A stretch of 36,980 bases of DNA from the IMG/VR virus record IMGVR_UViG_3300035492_000302, positions 1 through 36,980 of that record. The stretch is one strand, 5' to 3'. Position 1 is the stretch's first letter; the number at the start of each line of letters is the position of its first letter. The DNA comes from a virus. The translations under genes and the position numbers were made by a program. Of the stretch, positions 26,891 through 33,493 are shown piece after piece. The notes below the pieces were generated by a model. That model did not search any database, was not told the origin of the DNA, and worked only from the letters and a program-made list of their open reading frames with translations.

Positions 26891-26919
26891 AAGGGCCGCG
26901 TTGCTGTGGCCCTTTTTTT
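26891..26919 (+). terminator. Rho-independent terminator after Q (probably bidirectional)
   Basis: aagggccgcg ttgc tgtggccctt stem followed by T7. The reverse strand also has a T-rich tail (TTTTGCTTTTTC). Confidence 0.7.
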
Positions 26920-26953
26920 CGTCCTGTTAATGGCCAGGACAAAATGCCCTTCC

Positions 26954-27151
26954 CTACTGCCGTTCTAGAAGCGCCCTTTCGTGAGCCTGGTTCAGGCGGT
27001 CAACCCAGGGCTGCATCAGTGCATGTACGTGATGTCCCGGAACCTGCTCGCCATCTACCTTGGCCAGCAGATCCTGCAGGGCTAGCAAGCCGATCAAGGC
27101 GTCTTCCATCAAATCGAAGTACACCCGTGTGTGAAGTGGCTGGTTAATCAT
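26954..27151 (-). CDS. Hypothetical 65-aa protein downstream of ant
   Basis: Internal start M29 of ORF 26954..27235. It overlaps the ant stop by 8 nt. Confidence 0.45.
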   Translation of the reverse strand: MINQPLHTRVYFDLMEDALIGLLALQDLLAKVDGEQVPGHHVHALMQPWVDRLNQAHERALLERQ

Positions 27152-28064
27152 GGCTGCCTCCGGTGTGATGATCTGCCGCACCTTGGAACACAGCGCCTTG
27201 ATCGTCGCTTTCTGATGTGCCGCTAGAGCTTTCACCCCAGGCCTGCGGCGCCCTTTCCTCGTTCTTGAACAGCCAGCAGCGCACTGACTTTTCCGTCAGT
27301 CCACTGTTGACCACGGTGCCTGGCGAAAGAAAGCGGGGTCGGCGGCTGGCCCGCATGGCGCGCAACAGATCCTTTCGGCTCATGGCGTTAATACCGCAGG
27401 CGTGCGCGGCATCCAGCAGCAGGTTCGGGTTGATGGCGATCAGCTCTGGATCACGCGAGTGGTTCATAGGGTAGCCGGCAGCGCCAAGCACTGCCACCAG
27501 ATCCCAGAACCGGCCAACGATGGGCGGTTCGCCCGGATCATTCTTGCCGATGGCCGACATGGGCGGGGTCTCGATGCCCTGGGCCAACAGCACGACGTTA
27601 AGTTGCTCCCAAAGCGTCTTGCGAACGACTGGATGGGTTTCAACCTTGAGCTTGTCCATCAGGCGCCAGCTGTGCCGCTGGCCAGCATAGTCGGGTCGCG
27701 GCTTCTTGCCTGGCATGATGTAGCTGCCGGTTTTGCGCAGGGTAGGCAGTACGTCTTCAAACACCCAGCGCTCGAACCGTTCGGCCGCCGGCAGGTGGCT
27801 GTTGACCATCAGCCGGAACATATCGGGCTCGCTGATAATGCGAGCCTCTTGTATCCGCCCCAGACTATCCACGATGGGGTGGTGTTTCACCACCCCACGG
27901 CAATGCTGCTTAAGCGCATTCACCGTGTCGCTGTAGCCCAACGCTTCGGCAACATCTTTGCCAACAAACCATACCTTGCCGTCTTCGTAAACGGTACGTA
28001 CAGCCTGCTGCTCGAATTCAAAGGTGGTGATCTGGGCGGAGTCGCCCTGGTAGTGTTCAGTCAT
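27144..28064 (-). CDS. BRO-N-domain antirepressor-like protein with a primase-C-terminal-like domain
   Basis: The N-terminus FEFEQQAVRTVYEDGKVWFVGKDVAEALGYSD is the Bro-N pattern. Residues ~186-267 align with the last ~96 aa of the primase-helicase (FWD..., NHxR.P..IA.N, VVNS, RCW.F). Confidence 0.8.
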   Translation of the reverse strand: MTEHYQGDSAQITTFEFEQQAVRTVYEDGKVWFVGKDVAEALGYSDTVNALKQHCRGVVKHHPIVDSLGRIQEARIISEPDMFRLMVNSHLPAAERFERWVFEDVLPTLRKTGSYIMPGKKPRPDYAGQRHSWRLMDKLKVETHPVVRKTLWEQLNVVLLAQGIETPPMSAIGKNDPGEPPIVGRFWDLVAVLGAAGYPMNHSRDPELIAINPNLLLDAAHACGINAMSRKDLLRAMRASRRPRFLSPGTVVNSGLTEKSVRCWLFKNEERAPQAWGESSSGTSESDDQGAVFQGAADHHTGGSHD

Positions 28065-28071
28065 GGTAGAG

Positions 28072-28337
28072 CTCCTGTGAGATTAAACCCAGCCGCCCGA
28101 TGCTAAACGGGGTGGGCAGGGCACGTGCGGGTTAGCATACCGGTCACAGGGTCCGGCGGGCCTTGCGGCCCCCCGCACGGCCTGCCCATAGAAGGCAATG
28201 CCATGAGGAGCACCAAAAGCCGCGTACCAATCTAGTGATGGCGCGGCTATTAGCGCCTGTGAACTCGGGATGCTAAACCCGACTGCCAATGGTATTGGCA
28301 GTGCCCTGACGATAGCCCGGGAAGGCGAACAAGTCAA
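28072..28337 (-). promoter_or_regulatory. ant leader: promoter, a1/b1, hairpin plus U-run, c4-like core, a2/b2 over the SD
   Basis: Elements in minus-strand order: promoter TTGACT-17-TATCGT (28337->28309); a1 at 28281->28267; b1 at 28262->28256; hairpin 28248->28218 followed by UUUU; a2 at 28112->28099; b2 at 28080->28074, overlapping the SD AGGAG at 28076->28072. Confidence 0.65.
28112..28190 (-). ncRNA. c4/CI-type antisense RNA core, copy 1
   Basis: The ~79-nt core folds into four elements: P1 GGGCAGG/CCUGCCC, P2 UGCGGG/CCCGCA, hairpin GGGCC-GCAA-GGCCC and hairpin CCGG-ACCCUGUGA-CCGG. It carries b' (CCUGUGA) and a' (AUGCUAACCCG), which are complementary to the flanking a1/b1 and a2/b2. It is paralogous to 36488..36569, with compensatory stem changes. 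Confidence 0.7.
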
Positions 28338-28373
28338 GACTGGAAGGCTGTTAAGCCATCCCGATGAGCTTTG

Positions 28374-28403
28374 ATTGTAGCAAAAGGTGCGTTTAATCGC
28401 ACC
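28374..28403 (-). promoter_or_regulatory. Second upstream promoter candidate with an 18-bp palindromic operator
   Basis: Extended -10 TGCTACAAT (28382->28374) lies directly downstream of the perfect palindrome GGTGCG-TTTAAT-CGCACC (28386..28403). The palindrome arms match the Pe dyad at 2524..2541. Confidence 0.35.
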
Positions 28404-28599
28404 ATTTTTATTTATAGGTGCGCAACATCGCAAGCGCATGGGCTCAAACGCTTGGCTGGCAGGCATCCCAGGATTTTCGCACCAGGCACGCCCAGCAGGC
28501 CCTCTTTCAGCACCTACGCCCCAAGAATCGCGCTACCCTCCGCGCCTGCGATCAAAGTTTGTTGCAAACGCCAAGACGCAACGGACACGACGATGGGAT

Positions 28600-28945
28600 G
28601 GGTAAAAATAAAAGTTGACCTTCGGAACAGTGTAACCTTCGAAATCGTCAGGTTTTCGACTATCTAACTTGTTGATTTCATGCCTGTTTTTTGGTCACGG
28701 TAGCAGCGTCACCTGACGTAACCTGTACTGTAACCGAAATACTAAGCCTATGATTTTTATAGATATTATTTTTTAAAAAAGTTTCTATCATCTACCGTAA
28801 TCGGGTCACGCTCCGATTACATAAAAAGTTACCGTACTACAAATTATTAAAACAAGGCGCAGTCTATCTATCCAGGCATTTCATTACCTAAGTTATAAAA
28901 GTTACAGTGTTCCCGACACCCCCCAGCCTAAATTTTTAATCTACA
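28600..28945. other. AT-rich non-coding island with iterated motifs (candidate attP arm, origin or cos region)
   Basis: No credible ORF. Motif copies: GTTAC(A/C)GT-type elements inverted at 28628-28636, 28717-28723 and 28727-28735, and direct at 28828-28836 and 28901-28909; TAAAAGTT at 28609, 28822 and 28896; inverted repeat gtaatcgg/ccgattac at 28797-28820. An extremely AT-rich centre lies at 28745-28790. Confidence 0.5.
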
Positions 28946-29143
28946 AAGAGCCGGGCAAACTACCTCGATCTGTTGCTGAACACTGCTCTTGCCCAGCTGT
29001 TGCAGGCGACGTCATCGGTCGCAGTCTCACCCTGTTTATGGCCAATGAATAAGGCCGCGCTAATGTGGCCCGGTTGACCTGGTAAACGCGCCTGGCCAAG
29101 GCCGCTTGGCACCTGGCCACAAGTAGTCTTGGCGTATTTTTTT

Positions 29144-29154
29144 GGGGGACTTTT
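29144..29154 (+). repeat. GGGGGACTTTT 11-mer, P-arm copy (candidate integrase arm-type site)
   Basis: Exact 11-mer, extendable to the 14-mer GGGGGACTTTTGGG shared with 29402..29415. It lies ~130 nt upstream of the tRNA-like core. Confidence 0.45.
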
Positions 29155-29282
29155 GGGTAAGTTTTCTGTACACGACTGTGCAGGACAGTACAAAACGGTG
29201 TATCAGAGCGCACATTTAGGTAGTAAGACGTGCGAAAATACGCTATATATCAAGGCGTTATGTGCGGCTTTTATCACCCTTA

Positions 29283-29331
29283 TTGGCTACGAACCAAGGG
29301 GTCGTGGGTTCGAATCCTGCCAGCCGCGCCA
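29283..29331 (+). other. attP core: 3' portion of a tRNA-Arg(ACG) gene (anticodon arm to CCA)
   Basis: ttgg-CTACGAA-ccaa anticodon arm (anticodon ACG), T-loop GGTTCGAATCC, acceptor 3' strand plus gCCA. It closely resembles the E. coli tRNA-Arg(ACG) 3' half as I remember it. The upstream part lacks a D-arm, so it is not a complete tRNA. Confidence 0.55.
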
Positions 29332-29360
29332 GAATTGCCCTGTTAAATCAACAGGTTAAA

Positions 29361-29397
29361 ACCGCCTAGGGGCGCAATCCCTAGGCGGTTTTTCTTT
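29361..29397 (+). terminator. Strong hairpin plus T-run (bidirectional terminator; contains the int stop codon)
   Basis: accgcctaggg gcgcaat ccctaggcggt is an 11-bp perfect stem followed by TTTTTCTTT. On the minus strand it is followed by TTTTAA. Confidence 0.65.
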
Positions 29398-30583
29398 GTG
29401 TGGGGGACTTTTGGGGGACTTTTCCGCCAACAACCTCGATCTGCGATCGGCGCAATATGGCCAGCAGATTGATAGTCTCCCCCACGCAACCCTCTTCTTT
29501 GATCAGTTCCAGTGCCGCATAAACTTCGCGGATCTGGGCTACTGCGTAATGGCTGGTCATGTCTCGTTTCGAGTGCCAAAGAATCTCATCTTGCGTACGC
29601 TCGGAAACGCCGGCGTTTCGCAAGCGCATTCCGACCGTGTGCCGCAAGTCGTGAACGTGCAGATCGCCCAGCCCTGCAGAGGCTCTGGCGTTCTGCCAGG
29701 CCGTGTTGTGCATATCACTGATCGGCAAGTACTTTGGCTTGCTGCCGAGCTTATTTGACACGCGCCTTGACCAGGTAAACACCCGCTCAGGGTGGCGGCC
29801 GCGCTGCGCGTCAATGATCTGCTGCCCAAGGCTGTTGCAAAAAAGAAGCCGTTCGGACTTGCGGCCTTTGACGTACTCACGCGGCACCACAAAAACCGAG
29901 ACTGTCGTCTGTTCAGACAGGGGCACCTGAACTTCCCAGCGCCAACGTAGCTGGCACACGACATTCTTACGGGCACCGCTGTTCAGGCAGAACATGGCCA
30001 TGTCGACCAGGTGGGTCGGCAGGTGCTGCATCAACAACTTTTGTTCGGCCCATGTGATTGGCTGTGGTGCGCGCTGGTCGCTCAGATCAAGCATCGTTAT
30101 TTTGGGTGCCGATTCCAGCCAGGTCAGACGATTCTCAGGAAACCGCCATTGGGTCGCCGCCAGGCGAAGGATCCTGCCGACAATCGATAGCGTGTTGTTC
30201 AGGGTTTTGTTTTTGATGCCCTGGCGCTTACGCTCGCGAATGAAGCCGGCAAGTGTTTCGTCGCATATATCCTGAAGTGTTAAAGAGCCCAGCCTCTGAA
30301 CGACCGGCAGTAACAGATAGGCGTCTGTTTCAGCCGATGGCATGTTTTTGGCTTCTTTCTCTTCCAGATAACGGGTTGCTGCGCGCTCGAAGGTGACATC
30401 CGGCCTTGCGGCCGGGTTGTCGGAAAACTGCTGGATGCTGAATTGTTCCCGCGTCAGGTAGTCTCTCGCCTGCCTGTGATCCGTAAAGCCACGCTTTCGA
30501 ATGCGCCTGTTTCGGTACTGACAGTCGACCTGCCATGTGCCGTCCGATTCCTGGTAGATGCCTGTTTGTTTGACTCGTACCAT
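29381..30583 (-). CDS. int: Tyrosine recombinase / phage integrase
   Basis: 400 aa. The C-terminal catalytic-region motifs HDLRHTVGMRL and ...LWHSKRDMTSHY (R..HxxR..Y pattern) are present. It is adjacent to the tRNA-like attP. Confidence 0.9.
   Translation of the reverse strand: MVRVKQTGIYQESDGTWQVDCQYRNRRIRKRGFTDHRQARDYLTREQFSIQQFSDNPAARPDVTFERAATRYLEEKEAKNMPSAETDAYLLLPVVQRLGSLTLQDICDETLAGFIRERKRQGIKNKTLNNTLSIVGRILRLAATQWRFPENRLTWLESAPKITMLDLSDQRAPQPITWAEQKLLMQHLPTHLVDMAMFCLNSGARKNVVCQLRWRWEVQVPLSEQTTVSVFVVPREYVKGRKSERLLFCNSLGQQIIDAQRGRHPERVFTWSRRVSNKLGSKPKYLPISDMHNTAWQNARASAGLGDLHVHDLRHTVGMRLRNAGVSERTQDEILWHSKRDMTSHYAVAQIREVYAALELIKEEGCVGETINLLAILRRSQIEVVGGKVPQKSPTQRKTA
29402..29423 (+). 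repeat. GGGGGACTTTT x2 in tandem, P'-arm copies (inside the int 3' end)
   Basis: Two abutting exact copies ~75 nt downstream of the core. Confidence 0.45.
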
Positions 30584-30792
30584 TTCATTTCTCCTGAATT
30601 GGCACGCTTACTACCTGCAACCAGTTTATACCGATCCCAAAAATCATCGAGGTCCTGCTTTTCGTAAATTATGGATGTACCGGCGCGCACAGCTTTGTCG
30701 CGCAGCTGCGGAATGACAGTTTGCTCAAAGAACCTGCGGCCCACGCCCAGGTAGGCCTGGGCTTCTTTGGTCGTGAATCCGCGCTTGATCAT
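30454..30792 (-). CDS. Excisionase/AlpA-like HTH protein
   Basis: The N-terminal 55 aa (TTKEAQAYLGVGRRFFEQTVIPQL...IYEKQDLDDFW) look like a Xis/MerR-type HTH. The 3' 130 nt overlap int, so the true C-terminus is uncertain. Confidence 0.5.
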   Translation of the reverse strand: MIKRGFTTKEAQAYLGVGRRFFEQTVIPQLRDKAVRAGTSIIYEKQDLDDFWDRYKLVAGSKRANSGEMKWYESNKQASTRNRTAHGRSTVSTETGAFESVALRITGRRETT

Positions 30793-31115
30793 TGGTTGAG
30801 ACCGTCAGCTGTTGAAATGTATTTTTCCATTGCCAAATCGATTTCGGCGTCGGCAAGTTTGCCAGTTAAAACTCGGTAACTGGCCGGATCGCACGCCCAG
30901 TCAACCCGAGTAATGCAAATGTCAACGGATCCATCGCTTTCGGGTTTGGTGGCGTGTCGATATCGCTCTGCATTTTTCTTCCAAGTCTGGACGTCTGGCG
31001 ATTGCATGGCGGCGCGGTAACCGGCAAGAAATAGTTGCCAGTGCGTGTGCCATGGCCATAAACCGTTATGCATTACCCAGAGATCAAAGGCCTCTTGTTC
31101 ATGCGGATCGTTCAT
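30789..31115 (-). CDS. Hypothetical protein
   Basis: 108-aa ORF, ATGA-coupled on both sides. Confidence 0.5.
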   Translation of the reverse strand: MNDPHEQEAFDLWVMHNGLWPWHTHWQLFLAGYRAAMQSPDVQTWKKNAERYRHATKPESDGSVDICITRVDWACDPASYRVLTGKLADAEIDLAMEKYISTADGLNQ

Positions 31116-31786
31116 GCGGAGATCTCCTTTTCAAATGCGCCGATCAGGTTCATAAAGCGTTGAAGGCGCTGGTATTCGGTTGGATCAAGTTTGATGCTGG
31201 CCCAGTTTTTGGTCAGGATGATGGCGCCATTGCTGTGCCACAAAAAAGCAAATGGCTGGCCCGGGGAAAGCTCAGACGACTCTTCTGGCTGCGGGCCTGA
31301 GCTGGTGGCCGAAGCTGTGGCCCCTGCGTCAACAGCGGGCACGGGATTTCGGTCAGACTTTTTGTGATTGATGCGTCGGGGCGTTCCCGCATCGATATCG
31401 ACGCCTGCAGGCGTTTGCGCCTGGCTGGCGACTGGCGGCCGCACAGCCGCTCTGGCCAGCAGACCTTGCCGAGGCTGCAGGTTAGGCTTGGCCCGCTCTG
31501 CGGGTTGTGGCTGCGCCCGTTCCTGATGAATTGGCTCGTCGTCGTCACGCGGCAAGGGCGTGCCGTCACCAAGGGCGAAGTGGTACAGACCGTTGATTTT
31601 TTTCTTTCTCAGCAGGCCGTGATCGATCGACTTGTTCAGTGCCGTGATGACTGCCGAAGAAGGCTGATCCATGGCGGCCGATAGCGGGCCGCTGGCGATC
31701 CATTTGCCCTCTGGCAAAGTTTTCAGGTATTGGATGACACGCCAGGCCAACGTAGCTGGGTGTGGGGTGTAGTCTTTGTTAGTCAT
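31112..31786 (-). CDS. Hypothetical protein (possible N-terminal winged helix, disordered middle)
   Basis: 224-aa ORF in the operon with a P/A/Q-rich central region. Confidence 0.5.
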   Translation of the reverse strand: MTNKDYTPHPATLAWRVIQYLKTLPEGKWIASGPLSAAMDQPSSAVITALNKSIDHGLLRKKKINGLYHFALGDGTPLPRDDDEPIHQERAQPQPAERAKPNLQPRQGLLARAAVRPPVASQAQTPAGVDIDAGTPRRINHKKSDRNPVPAVDAGATASATSSGPQPEESSELSPGQPFAFLWHSNGAIILTKNWASIKLDPTEYQRLQRFMNLIGAFEKEISA

Positions 31787-31817
31787 GGTTCACCTGGTGC
31801 AATTCGGTTGACTGGTG

Positions 31818-32024
31818 TCACTCATCAAAGGGCACAGACTTTTCTTTTAGGCACTTTGTGCACTGAACGGTTTTGGTGCCGTTCCAGGCAATGCCTAGTG
31901 TTTTCCATTGTTGGTGCCGGCAGAACAGGCGCTGGATAAGCACCAGAATGATCAGAAGGACCCAAACGGAAAAGCCGATGAGCGGCAGCAGTATCCCGAT
32001 GAGCAAGGCGGTATGAAGTTCCAT
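31818..32024 (-). CDS. Small membrane protein with a Cys-rich tail
   Basis: 68 aa: one long hydrophobic stretch (LLIGILLPLIGFSVWVLLIILVLI) followed by C...CxxC. Confidence 0.45.
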   Translation of the reverse strand: MELHTALLIGILLPLIGFSVWVLLIILVLIQRLFCRHQQWKTLGIAWNGTKTVQCTKCLKEKSVPFDE

Positions 32025-32026
32025 GG

Positions 32027-32479
32027 TCAGGCCTCTTTAAATTGGTTGATCTTACGGGCCGGCTCCTGGCCGATCAGGGCCGCTTGCCAGGCGGTGTCGT
32101 CGTGCTTTGACCACATAGGGTCGCCAGGCCGGTAGCCGGCAATGACCTTGCCCAGCGTAATAAGTGCTTGGGCAGCGGTAATGGTGACCTTGGGCACGGC
32201 AGGGTCGATGCCTGCCCACAGTGGCGGTTTGTCGATCGCCTGCAAGGCGATGTCGACGCTCAGGCCGTGGCCTTCGGGCATTCTGGCCAGTTGTCCGGCC
32301 AGCATGCGCAGCTGGGCGGCTTGCAGTTCATTGTGCACCAGGCTGGCGTGATGCTCTTTGAGCAGCTTCTCGATTTTGTGCTCGAACTCGGCAAAGGACA
32401 TCAGACGATCCTTTTGCCCTTTGCTCAGGCTGTCACAGTAGGCGTGCATGGCGCTCATGATGTCGCGCTTTCGGTTCAT
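32027..32479 (-). CDS. Hypothetical protein
   Basis: Internal start M27 of ORF 32027..32557 (ATG at 32479). Confidence 0.5.
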   Translation of the reverse strand: MNRKRDIMSAMHAYCDSLSKGQKDRLMSFAEFEHKIEKLLKEHHASLVHNELQAAQLRMLAGQLARMPEGHGLSVDIALQAIDKPPLWAGIDPAVPKVTITAAQALITLGKVIAGYRPGDPMWSKHDDTAWQAALIGQEPARKINQFKEA

Positions 32480-32578
32480 ATTCACGGGTCGACCTCTTTG
32501 GGTAAGGTGTGGGTTGAAGGGCTGGCAGCGGTGCGAAGAGATAGACCTGCATCGCACATTAAGTGATTGGTTCTGTGT

Positions 32579-33160
32579 TTACTGGTCGCCCGCCTGGTCG
32601 AGCAGGTCAGGCTGGTACGGAATGCCGAGTTCGCCGGCAGCTTTTCCGATCATTCGATCAAGCAACTGGCGATCTTTGCTTGAGGCCAGTGCTGTCTTCG
32701 TTCTTAGAAGAGAGTTCACCAACATGTATTGGCGGCGCGTAGCGTCTTGCGCCCGAGCATGATTCAGGTTGAAGGCTGCGCCCAGCTGTTCGTAGTCATG
32801 CAGGGCGTCTGCCCACTCTTCAAGTTTTTGCTCCAGGAATTCCGCTGATGACTCGTTACCATTAACGCGCACTCGCTCCGGATTGATAGACATCAGATAA
32901 GCGGCAACGCGCGAAATTAGAATGCAGGTTTCCTCTCTTTTTTGACCACCTGCACCCCCCTTAAGTAGGGTGCAGACCCCCAAAAATCTGACCAGATAAG
33001 GGTTGCCAGTCACTTTTTTTCGCTGCTGTTCCCAGCGCAGGCCAAATAATTCAACGATGGGCTTAAGCGGTGTACAGTCTTCGCCCTTGTTGTTTTTGAC
33101 CACATCCAGTTGCATGCCTGCGTAGTTGATCGAAATGGTAAGTCGATTGTTTTCGTTCAT
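32579..33160 (-). CDS. P22 Ant N-terminal-domain-like protein (paralog 3)
   Basis: TCILISRVAAYLMSINPERVRVNG...EEWADALHDYE; shares these motifs with the two paralogs at the contig junction. Confidence 0.6.
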   Translation of the reverse strand: MNENNRLTISINYAGMQLDVVKNNKGEDCTPLKPIVELFGLRWEQQRKKVTGNPYLVRFLGVCTLLKGGAGGQKREETCILISRVAAYLMSINPERVRVNGNESSAEFLEQKLEEWADALHDYEQLGAAFNLNHARAQDATRRQYMLVNSLLRTKTALASSKDRQLLDRMIGKAAGELGIPYQPDLLDQAGDQ

Positions 33161-33199
33161 TGGTAAAGCTCCTTTTCGCTGGTTTTCTGCCTTACCCGG

Positions 33200-33493
33200 T
33201 TAGTCGTCGTCACCGCTTGCGCGGCGTTTTATGTCGGGCTGGGCGCTGTTTTTGCCGGGCAGCGGGCTGATGTATAGGGTGTTGCCCTGGGCGTGCAGGT
33301 TGTAGCGCCGATGCGGGTCGGCCTGGTTGGCTTGTGCCAGGTTAAGCAGGCAGGTGGCGATGGCCGGATTCTGCATGGCCTGTTCCAGGGTGCCGCGAAG
33401 GCGCGCCTGGCGATGCGCTTGCTGCAGCTCATGCCAGGTGGCCTTTCCCTGACGGCGGGCTGCCGGGACGATGATTTTTTCTGTATCGCTCAT
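33200..33493 (-). CDS. Hypothetical protein
   Basis: 97-aa ORF with an ATGA overlap with the primase stop. Confidence 0.5.
   Translation of the reverse strand: MSDTEKIIVPAARRQGKATWHELQQAHRQARLRGTLEQAMQNPAIATCLLNLAQANQADPHRRYNLHAQGNTLYISPLPGKNSAQPDIKRRASGDDD

Noticed and set aside
26875-26953. The cos site next to the portal gene (GGCGAAAAAGCAAAAGGGCC resembles the start of P2 cos, GGCGAGGCGGGGAAAGCAC)
   Set aside because: The similarity is weak and the segment is better explained as the terminator hairpin. cos could equally lie in 28470-29140. It cannot be decided without read-termini data.
28083-28466. 127-aa minus-strand ORF, plus the + strand ORFs 28371..28667, 28387..28605 and 28418..28618 over the ant leader
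   Set aside because: The composition is P/A/S/C-rich junk. The region aligns with 36440-36720 with indels in hairpin loops and compensatory stem changes, which is an RNA-type rather than a codon-type conservation pattern.
28941-29213. ORFs 28941..29213 and 28960..29193 between the AT-rich island and the tRNA-like core
   Set aside because: There is no SD and the composition is junk. Part of the apparent similarity to the int C-terminus (PKVPQK) is explained by the repeated GGGGGACTTTT arm motif.
29264-29331. A complete tRNA gene
   Set aside because: Only ~68 nt are available and no D-arm can be folded: 8 nt lie between the acceptor strand and the anticodon stem. The first anticodon-stem pair is mismatched and the T-stem has two G-U pairs. 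I interpret it as an attP copy of a tRNA 3' portion.
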